Source: Entomortierella parvispora E1425 (Eukaryota; Fungi; Mortierellomycota). From it: a stretch of DNA of 64,000 bases. The position numbers were made by a program, and so were the translations under genes. The stretch is from the NCBI GenBank assembly GCA_020891255.1, contig BQFW01000007.1, forward strand, positions 62,001-126,000. The letters run 5' to 3'. This document shows, piece after piece, positions 12,945-23,165 of this stretch; positions within the stretch are counted from its first letter, which is position 1, and each line of letters starts with the position of its first letter. The notes beneath the pieces were generated by a model. It searched no databases and was not told the origin of the DNA. It saw only the letters and a program-made list of their open reading frames with translations.

Positions 12945-13615
12945 AGCTGCAGTGTTCTGTTCTGGAGGAGGACGACTAATCCAGAAGGAAGGACGGAAGG
13001 AGGGAGGGGAGGGAGAAGAGAGAGGAGCACAGAGAGAGAGAGAGAAAGGGCAGAGAGTGGAGAGGAGTCTAGAGAAAGAAAAGAGAGGGGAGGGGAGGAG
13101 GGGCGCAAGGACTTGATTGAATGCAGAAATGAAGTCTGGAAGAAAGAAAGAGTGGAGAAAGGGGACCAGCTGAGAAGGAGTGTGAAAAATAGAGGTGTAT
13201 TATGAAATGAAAATAGAGCAAAGACGGGTTCTTGCTGTGTAATGAAATGCAGGCAGGACAAGGACAAGGAGAAGGAGAAGGAGAGGAGAGGAGATGGCCA
13301 AGAACCGTGGATGCGTCTAGGAAAAGGAGAGAGATGGAAGATGAAGAGAAGGAAACAGCCATGAAAAGACGCAATGAGACAGACCCACCCACCCTCTCTG
13401 GCGAGACACAGTCGAAGGCAGTCCACAGCACGCAAGAGAGGGAGGCAAGCGTGCAAACGGGCTTCTGTGCCGTGCAGGCGAGATTGAGCAGAAACAGCAG
13501 TCTCCCGCCCGCTGTGCGATGGCACCACCGTGCGATCCTGATGTCGCAATTTTTCTTGCCTCTTGCTTCGTGCCTCCGAGTGTGTTGCACCTTGTTGCAC
13601 CTTCTCTAAACACGC

Positions 13616-13670
13616 CTTGCTCTGCTCTGCTCTGCTCTGCTCTGCTCTGCTTGCTCACTTGCTTGCTTGC
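13616..13670. repeat. (CTCTG)n / (CTTG)n microsatellite upstream of sconB
   Basis: tctgctctgctctgctctgctctgctctgc followed by ttgctcacttgcttgcttgc. Confidence 0.85.
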
Positions 13671-15492
13671 TCATGTCTCTGCCCTGTCTGCCCTTCCTGT
13701 CCTGTTAGTCTATGCCCTGGATGCTGGTCGTATAGATTACACCCACACAAGTGCAAACTAAGCCCTTTCAAACGCTTGGTCCAGGCGGCATGGGTGGGAT
13801 GGTGACCAAAGATGCACCTTCCCCGCAATGATCTCCTCCCGCCCCAACCTTCCTCCACCCGTGTGTTCCGCTGTCCATGACAATCGACAGATACTTTGTC
13901 TCCCCGATTATCACCATCGCATCCCCACAGATATCATTTCCCGACCAACAGACAAGAACCCAAAAAAAAATAAAAAAATATCGAGCTAAACAAACACCAC
14001 CCTCGAGAACATCTTCATGAGTAAGAGATAAAAAGAGCATTGGCCTTCAACTTGACACATGCCTCTTTCCGTTATCCTCGACCCTCCATCCCCCTGACTG
14101 ATTGCTTGGCTTGCCTGCATTTTCCTGCAAGCTGCTTTATCAGCGGCCTTCCTCAACCGGCCCTCCTCAACCGGCCCAGATCGATCTACAAGCAAATACA
14201 ATCGCACGCGTCGTTAGACGGACCGAATGCTTGGGCTTGCTTGGCCCATGCTTTTTTCAGTTTATTCTTTTCCATCCCCTCCTTTCTGGTCACACAATTC
14301 CTTGGACCAAAGACGTGACATACCGCTGGTACTTTTTTTTTTGTTTGTTCCCTCTCAAACAATGGCCCTGTCAAAATTTAAGAAGACTAAAGGAAGCACG
14401 AGAATGGCGTGCTGAGAGCTGGCCAATGCACACACCCTCTTCCCCCTTCACGGCTTCGTTGACAGCCCAGGCACTTCATGTTTGTGCCCCCAGGATCCAG
14501 GTCCCCTTGAGTGTCTTGGGAAGGAAAGCACCCGGCCCGAACTTCAAGGTTTCATTTCTTCGCCTCTTTTACTTTTTTCCCAGCAAAGGCTTCCCCCTTC
14601 TCTCACTGGACGGGCTTAGTTCGAACAAGGCGCTAGAAGTGCACTGTGCAGAAAACAGCAAGCTCAATACTGAAATCGTTATCTTTGCCCAGGTTATTGC
14701 CGTGAAAAGTGAATATTTGTCTTGCAGGTCATGAACCATGCCCCCAACACCATTCCTAGGTCAGCTTCACCTTGCATGATAGTTCATTATCGACACCTGA
14801 CTGTTCAAGTGAGGTTGCGCTCGCTTCCAATGGCCTTTTCAGCAAGCAAAACCCCTGCTGGGAACCCTTCTCCCAACCATATGTACTTTTCTTTAAATAA
14901 AACCAGCTGAATAAAACAAAAATCCTGGCCGCCATTTCGCTCTTGAAGCACGCCACCCAACTCAACTTTCGGGCAAGAGTGACCCTACTGCTCTTCGTCT
15001 TTTTGGCTTGGTCAACTATTTCATAAAGGACTTGAGTGCTAAAAAACATGCACACACTTTCTTTGCAAGCTCCATTGAGCACATGGGTTTGCCGAGCCAT
15101 CGACTATTTTTTAATCTGAAAACAGGCAATGAGGCCATCTTGGCCTTTATTTGTCTCATTCACGGATTTTCAACCGCCAAAAGAAAGAGAAGAGCGCAAA
15201 AGTGCTGGGTTTGATCTTCCCAATGGGAGAGAAGGCCCTTTTCCTCTTCCTGCTGGTCAATTTATTTCATGCACTTTGACCGTTGGTCGGTACTGATCGA
15301 CCAGGTGTCAGACTGTTATTGTGGAACTGGACGGTCGGGTGGCGTAATCTCATTCTGTGTACCGGGAGCCTGTTACGATCTCGGTGAGGGTCGATAATGT
15401 GATAATGAAAACAAGGAGAGGACAACCAACGATCGCGACTTGTTGATATTCTACGGGAGCAGTCACTAAAGGTGAAAAATGACCCGCCTCTT

Positions 15493-16289
15493 TTAGACCT
15501 CAACCTTTGATACCTTGAAGTCGTTAAAGATAACTTGATCTCGTGTATCTTTGAGAACATGGTCCGATTCATCAAAGACAACGCCTTCATGATACAGCTT
15601 TGCTCTTTTGTTATCAATCTTCTCACCCTCACCCCATTGTCCCATGAAGCCTCCAATGTACAACTTCGAGTCCAAAACTCGATGACAGGGTACAGGGAGG
15701 GGAGCATAGGGGTTGATCTTGAGTGCTTGGCCGACAGCTCTTGACGAAGAGTTCAACGCGTCCGAGATGTGTTTGTAGGTGGATATTTGACCTTTGGGAA
15801 TCTATTCATTTGCCGTGCAAGGACATATATATTACCAGAGTCAGAACCTCAACAAAAACATTCGAATAGAAGTCAAGAGGTGTGTGCATCCTTACCTGGG
15901 CACAGAGATCGTAAACTTGAAACTGAAAGGGCGTCACCTTGCGTCCAGTGTGCCGGTTCACGGCTTTTGCTCTTGCTTCGGCAGATCTTGGATAGGGATG
16001 CACCGCTGTAAAATACAGAACGGTTTCTTAATAAGCAGTGACTTGTTTTTGACAGAAGGAGATCGTTATTCAAGAGAAATGCTTTAGGTGAAAACCAATA
16101 CTTACTGACAATGTCTTCATCCATGGCGACAGGGATCTTCTGAGGCTTGGAGTCGTTGTTTGAAGCCTGACTTATGGCTGCTACAACAATCGCTTTTTTG
16201 GTCTTGGGGGGTGCTGAGGTGATGAAAGGGCTTGAAACGGTAGCAGTAGCAGCGGTGGAAGCGGAGCGCTTGATTCTGGTAGCGGGCAT
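15493..16289 (-). CDS. MGT1: Methylated-DNA--protein-cysteine methyltransferase (MGMT/Mgt1), 3 exons
   Basis: Spliced reading MPATRIKRSAS..MDEDI | VHPYPRSAEARAKAVNRHTGRKVTPFQFQVYDLCAQ | IPKGQISTYKHISDALNSSSRAVGQALKINPYAPLPVPCHRV. Has the RAVG helix-turn-helix and the PCHRV active-site cysteine. Confidence 0.9.
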
Positions 16290-16454
16290 GACCAAAGTTG
16301 AATGAAGTGGAGGGAATGGAGTCAAGATTGAGGAAATGGGAATGGTTGAGAGGGGAAAGTTCGCTCGACGAGGGGGGCACTTTTTGTCTTTTTGACGCAG
16401 ACTGCGGGAGAGGAGTCGCTTGTTGGTGGCAACTGAGGTCAAAAATGTCAAATA

Positions 16455-16462
16455 GTCACGTG
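16455..16462. promoter_or_regulatory. GTCACGTG E-box (Cbf1/USF-type) in the 306-bp divergent MGT1/NUFIP1 promoter
   Basis: Exact GTCACGTG between two divergent start codons (16289 and 16596). Function is inferred. Confidence 0.45.
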
Positions 16463-16595
16463 TACTGTGCTCTTGGCCACGGCAGTCACAAAGCAACAAA
16501 AAAAAAAAGAAAGAAAACGTGGCATGGGTTGCATGCAATGCATTTGGTTTCTCTTCATTTACCTTAATACCCATCTCGACAATTCACAAGGCTTC

Positions 16596-18762
16596 ATGGA
16601 CCAATACTACCAACAGCAAGGCCAGAAGGGCCGACAGGGCCAGCAGCCTCAAGGGCAGCAGGCAGGACAAGGACCGCAAGGGCAGCAGTGGCAGTACCAA
16701 CAGCAACACCCAGGATACGCGCAACAGTACTATGGGCAACAGCTGCAACAGTACCCCCAGCAGTATAATGCTGCTGCACATCAAGCCTACTATGACCAAT
16801 ACCAGCAATATTACGCACAGCAACAATATCAACAGCATCAACCACAAGCGCATGCAGGGGCAACCTCGAACGCGACACTAGCTGCCCTGGCCTCAGCCCT
16901 GCCACCCTCCTATGACACGCCGTTGCCCACAGCTCGCTCGAAGCCTGGATCGAGTTCTGCAAATCAGGCCTCCAACAACCCCTTGGCTCAAATTCAAGCC
17001 CAATACCAATCCTCCATGCAGCTTGGAGCTGCTGCTGCATCTGCTGCGACAGCGGCGCTTTTCAAATCTGGATTTGCTACCCAGACTGACACGACCTCAG
17101 CCTCTGGTTCAGCAGCATCGACGACTCTACCTGGTATAGCCACATCAGATCCAGTACTTAATGATAAAAAGCGGAAAATCGACCCCGGTGCCTCTTCAGT
17201 GGAAACAGACACGGACTGGTACTCGACCTACAAAACTCCAAGCGCTCAGGAGCGAAAGGCTGCTTTGTCAGCTACACCGTCACACAGACCTGCATTACCC
17301 CCAAAACCACAGGTCACCATGAACGGCCCAAAGAACAATCGGAACCAGCGAGGAGGCAAGCAAGGAAACCACTGCGGTAGACAAGAAAAGCAGACAAAGA
17401 CCGCCGAAGTCCAGGAAGACTCTGACTCTGGATTTCATTGTGATGCTTGTGATGTGACTTTTCATGAGGAGGCTAAACTCAAAGTGCATATTGCGGCCCA
17501 CCGATCTTGTCCTGACTGTGCATACAAGGCATCTCCAAGTTTGGTCCGGGAACATCAAAAGCTGACCCATGGAGCCCAAAAGGATGAGGATGAAACAGAG
17601 GGTTCAACAGCAGCAACGGCAGTAGCAAGAAAATTAGATCCTGCACCAGCCCGCCAAGGTCCTCTAGGAGGAAAGAAACAACAGATGTCTAGCCAAAACT
17701 TGATTCATCCATTAGCACCAAAGTTGAACACACCAGAGGATATTGCCGCCTGGATCGCTCAACGGCGGAAACAATGGCCCACGGAAACGAATATTCAAAA
17801 AAAAGTAAATATTGGTGTGTCAATGCTCACAGGGAGATGCCAATGATCAGATGCTAATTGTTATTGATAAAACAGGAACAAGAGAGACAGGAAATGATCG
17901 CAAAGGGTCAAATCGTGGAGGATCCAACTAAAGGAAAGAATGCATTCGACAAGAAGGGCAAGGGCAACAACAACAGCAATAAGAAACTCTCCTGGAAGCA
18001 ACGACAAGAGGAGGCTAGAGCTCAAAAGAGGATCAAAATGGAGGCCGGGGAAACTGCAGAGGGCGCGGTGCCAAGTACTGTAGATGGCTCAATAGTCCCA
18101 GCACTGGGACCCAGCGAGATCGGTGATGGAGAAGAGGACGATGACGAGGACATGGATCCTGAGAAGGACGCTATCACTTCTAAGGACCCCACAGTCATGG
18201 GCAAAGTTTTGCTTCCTACTGAGCGCGCTACACGTCCCAAACGAGCGTGCCGATACTTTTTGAAGGGCACTTGTCATAAGGGCGACAAATGTTCTTGGTC
18301 GCACGATGCGGCTTTAGCAGTAAGTTTCCTTGTTGCTGTACTTTCAGTCAAAAAGTATACGCATGGGTGCATATATATGATGTCTAACTCTCTCTGTAAT
18401 ACCTCATTAACAATAGGCGAAAGTTCAAAAGAGCGTTCAGGCGTCAGTTAAGACGGAGGTTTTTCGCACTCGCTCGTCCTTATTGCAGATGGTAGGCCTC
18501 TATCTGACTGTTTTCCCATTTTTTACGCTTTATTGGCCTGCCACGGGATGTCCTCTCCTCGGGCAATCGCCGTTAGTGTGTCGATGATTAACCCGTTCTC
18601 GTCTTTTTGTAGCTTCTCTCTGGAGAGATCAAACAGGAGAAAAATGTTCTTCTCGAGGCTATACGGTTCATCGTTGACAATAACTTTTTTGAAAAGGAGG
18701 AGCCGACAGGTGCGCTTGTTCAGGAACTCGTAGCGGAGAATGGCATGGACCTTTCATCATAA
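16596..18762 (+). CDS. NUFIP1: NUFIP1/Rsa1-like snoRNP assembly factor with C2H2-type and CCCH zinc fingers (4 exons)
   Basis: Q/Y-rich N-terminus, CDACD..H..H and CPDC..H..H fingers, NUFIP1 motif KLNTPEDIAAWIAQRRKQWPT, CRYFLKGTCHKGDKCSWSHD (CCCH) and C-terminal SLLQM|LLSGEIKQEKNVLLEAIRFIVDNNFF. Stop TAA 18760-18762. Confidence 0.85.
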
Positions 18763-19363
18763 ACAGCCTCAACTCTAGATGAATCTTTTATTTTTTCTAT
18801 TTTTTTGGTCTGTGTGTGTGTTTCTTGATTGCCTGATTGACATGTCTTCCCCTGGCGATTTAGGCCACATCACTTGTTACTTTTGTAACCGACACGTTTT
18901 CGATTGATTTGGTTCTCAAAGTGGAGTGGTGCCACTTCGCGGATCAAATCAAGAAACGCGTCCTCGACGCGTTGTTGAATTGTGCCTCAGAACCAGACCA
19001 CTTGACAGGCAAAAGCACTGCCCAAATAGGTGTTGTGTCGTGGAGATTGAGAAGGGAGGATCAAAAGAGGAGTGCTCTCAGTGTTTGTTTGTCCGATCGC
19101 TAGACGTTGGCTGACCTTGTGTCCAGCAGCTTGTTCTTTTCCATTTCTTTGTCCCCATCCCCCACGCTGTCTCTCCCACCCGTCTTCAACTGCCATTTTT
19201 CTCATTCCCCCCTTTCAGGACGAGCACTCATCCATTCATGCCGTCCAATCTGTCCAGCTCAAACGCTAGACGACCTCGTAGGAATCTACTCGTCAAGCCA
19301 GAGTCCGCGTGATTGATTCGCCGCAGTCTTGACTCATTCCCTTTTCTCAATTGCACAATTGCC

Positions 19364-22300
19364 ATGTTCTGTTCTCCATTAGCCCTCACTCTGACTGCGC
19401 AGGAAAAACCCTACTATGACGAGCTTTGGGCAGAGGCTGACTCGACGCAAGAGGGCTTCCTCTCCCGTGATGCCGCCATGGTCTTTTTCAGAAGGAGTGG
19501 ACTCAACAACGCTACACTCGACACGGTACCTCTATTTTAGAGAAAGGCACAGAGCCACATGTCACCTTGCTTGTGCTAACACTCTAAACCATTTTGGGTG
19601 TCTGCTCCATGGTTAGGTTTGGGAGCTAGCCGACGTAGAGAAGCATGGGGTCCTCGGTAAGAATGGCTTCAACGTCGCACTGCGAGTGATTGGTCATAAT
19701 CAAGCTAGACCCTCGCCTACTTCCTTCACACCTATCTTGACGCGTAAGTATGAGCAAAGAGAAGCAAGTATCACTCAAGGCTCGAGAAAAAAAAAGGGAA
19801 GGAGCAATTAATATTTCCATGATCCCTTTGCTTGTCCATTTCAGCGGGTCCTTTGCCTCGGTTCGAAAACACGAAAGCAACGGACAAGACAATCCATGCG
19901 CGAGTGAATGACAATTGGTCCAACCAGGATTTGTTGCATTGTCAAGTTGCCTTTCAGAATCTAGGACCCAAGGATGGTAGGGTGCGTGCTGTCCTTGCTA
20001 AGGAAAGCTTCATCTCAACAGGATTATCGCATGATACCCTTGTTCATATCTGGTAGGAAGAGCGAAGAGAGAAGGCTTAAGCAACCGAACGTTTGGCGAA
20101 TGGACAAGGCAACGCAGGCTTTAACACGTGAACATGTTTTCTTCGACACTCAGGCGTCTTGCTGACCGTTCAAAGATTGACAAGATGAATCTTTTTGACT
20201 TCACGGTTGCACACTATTATATCAAGTTGGTCTTATACGGAGCAACTGAATTGCCAGAGAGTGTCCCAGAGGAGGTCTTGGAGGCTTGTAAGCATCCCCC
20301 TGGTGTTTCTGCCACAGAACTTCCAGAACCTTCATCCTCCTCATCCACACTTCCCGCCCACAACACTACGGATCTAATCGGTGCTTACAACACTACTTTC
20401 GGTAACGCCCAGGCCGATGAACAACGGCAACAAGACGAGCTCCTAAAAAAGGCCTTCAAAGAGGCGGAGAAACAGCAAGCCAAAGATGCCGAGCTTTTAA
20501 CAAATATCATCGAGAAATCGGGAAAAGAACAAGCTAAAGAGGCCGAGAGATTGAGAAATATCTACCAGGAGGCCCAGACGCAACAGGAGGAAGAGATTCT
20601 CAAATACTCTCAAGACACTCAGTCGTCTGAAAACGAATTGTGTGCAAAAATCGAAGCTTTTAAGAAAAACCAGGCACAAGTGGAGGACCAGTATATGATG
20701 CAATTCAAGGCGATCAAGAACCAGGCGCAGATGGCAATGCATAATAACCTGATGTTGTCGACACAGTTGTCAGGTGGTATCGGCGGAAATTTTGCGGCCG
20801 GCGCACTGATGATGCAAAGGAACAGCGTGCAACAGATGGCTTTTCAAGAACAAATGGCTTCTATCATCCAGGCCTGTGCAAACCAACAGCAGAAGGCCTA
20901 TGCTCAGCTTCTAAGTGATGTTGCGTCCTATCCAGAATCTCAATCAGACCATTACCAAAAGATCTTTCAGGAGATTCGCGACAACATGCACAAGCTCCTT
21001 TTTGGATCAGGTGACAGTACGACGGCCCCAGCTTCGGCCGCGGCTGCGCCAGACGTGGTAAAACTTGAACCGAAGCCTGAGCCTGATGTGATGAAGCCTG
21101 AGTCGAATGTGGTGAGGCCTGAACCATTGCCGCAGCCATTGACACCTGCGACCACGATCGTAGCACCAGAACCGTTGACCAGCGTTCCAGTGCCACCCAA
21201 TTCAAACCCAGAGGTACAGATAACATACCCTGGTGTCCCAAGTTACCAGCAGCAACAAGTAATGCAGCCCACGCACCAGCAGTTTTCAACTAATCCTGCG
21301 GACTATGTACAAAGACCTGTTCAGTACTCGGTTAATCCAGCAGAGTATATATTACCTCAGAATCAGCAACAAACATACTCAACCAATCCTGAGGATTACT
21401 TCAGGCCGCAACAGCAGCAACAACAGGCTTATATGGCCAACCTTGCATCCTACAGCCGGCCCCAAGTTCAACCATCATTTACGGCCGATCCGTTTGACTT
21501 GTTAAAGAAATACCTCAAGCCTCAGCTATACACCACGGATCCCAACAGGTACAATACTCAGTACTTGACAGACCCAAACCAGCACCTGGTTCGAACTCAG
21601 CCGCATCATCACTCAGTGGACCCCAATCAGTATGTGGTTCGACCTCAACCACTGCCCTCGCAGCAAGCTCCACAGCCAGTGTACCACCCCCAGTCGCCGC
21701 CGCTATCCCACCCATATCCAGGGCAACAACAGTCGCATCAACCCTTCCATTATTCCCCAACAGCTTACACGGCACAAACGATGTATGCTCCACAGCAGCA
21801 AGTTCAGCAACCTCCAACAGCGTCAGTCTACTCGCCACAGCCACAACCGCAGATGGCGTTCCCTCCCCAGAAGCCGCAGACGCAACCACAAGTTCAGCCT
21901 GTGTATCCTCCGCAGAAGCAACCCTCCCAGCCACAACCACAGCCACAGTCACAGCAGTTGTCACAACCTGTGTACCCGTCACAACAGCAGCAGCAGCACC
22001 AGCAGCAGCAATTCTACCCAGCACAGCCCACACCTTGTGCATCCCCTCCATCATCATCAACGACCTCTGCATATGTTCCTCCTTCGCCATTGACGTCTTT
22101 TGCGGGGCTTCCACCGCCACCTCAATATGAATTGATTGACAACAACAAGATTTGGAGGCCACAGGTCGTGGATCCAGGTCAGCCTTTACAATACCAAGCT
22201 CCCCCCCCTGCCACGGATGCAAAGGCACCAATGACACCGACTTCGCCAGCCAATGACCAGCAATTTTCACCCCAACAGCAGTTCCCACCCAGACTACTGA

Positions 22301-22650
22301 CTCGTCCAGGTAATCCACAAGACAGATATTCACAGGCATGTACGTCCTCGTCATCCGTGACCCCGTCTGCCTCGGTTGCTGGACTCGAAAACTCGTTTAG
22401 CGCTCTCGGCATCACCAAAGATAACTCCCAGGCATACACGCCTTTAACGGTAAGTGATGGCAGCGTAGGCTACAGTGGCTTCTAAAGGAGCAGAGTACTG
22501 ATGATAAGTGCACCAAACGTTCTAAACTAGACATCGATCCCCCCGCCCTTGCCTAGCAGGGCACCTCAATACCGCGAGCCAGTACATGTGGCTCCCGAAA
22601 GAGTACGTGCACCGCAACTATACCAACCGCAGTACTACCCAGACCCATAA
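19364..22650 (+). CDS. Derived EDE1 paralog: two EH domains, coiled-coil region, P/Q/Y-rich repeat tail; no third EH, no UBA (5 exons)
   Basis: LTAQEKPYYDELWAEAD..FFRRSGLNNATLDT|VWELADVEKHGVLGKNGFNVALRVI..|GPLPRFE..TLVHIW|RLAD..FDFTVAHYYI aligns by eye with EH1/EH2 of the EDE1 gene in this window. Last exon TSIPPPLPSRAP..YYPDP* (TAA 22648-22650). Confidence 0.8.
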
Positions 22651-23165
22651 GCTGTCCACAATAGAAACCAGTGCGTGTCATTCTTATTTTCTGCGAGCGT
22701 TAGAAATTTCGGAAGATGGAGGGTAGACGCTGGCTGTGGAGAAGTCCAGCGGGACTGTTGAACAATAAAGTGTGCAGGAACACAGAGACTCTGTTTGGAA
22801 TGTGGTTGTACACGTCGCACGACCCAAACAATCGCAACAGCGAACAGATGCGTGCGCATTGGCCCAAGACACCGCCCAAGTTTTGTGTCCAGATGTGAGC
22901 ATGGCACCAGACTGATGAAACAGGAAGCAGACCAGGCCAGGAGGACGTAGGCCGTTGTTTTCTGGCTGTTTTCTCGCATTTCTCGCTTTTTCCTTTTGCT
23001 TCCCTCCCGCCTCCCGTCCTTCCTTGTCACCTTATCAGGGCCCCTCACCTCACTCACCCCTCCTTCGGTTGCGAAGCTGACCTTCGCGTCCCCTTCCTCC
23101 CCTCTTCTCCTTCTCCCTCTCCAGTCTTCCCCATCCCTCTCTTTCCATCCATCATTTGCACTATA

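Noticed and set aside
12945-13600. N-terminal extension of the 1026-aa ORF
   Set aside because: Read-through of low-complexity CT-rich non-coding DNA and an intron. The real start is most likely ATG 12944, with a spliced exon 1.
5-16289. RAD16 and MGT1 as a DNA-repair cluster
   Set aside because: They are ~12 kb apart, act in unrelated repair pathways and are separated by unrelated genes; probably coincidence.
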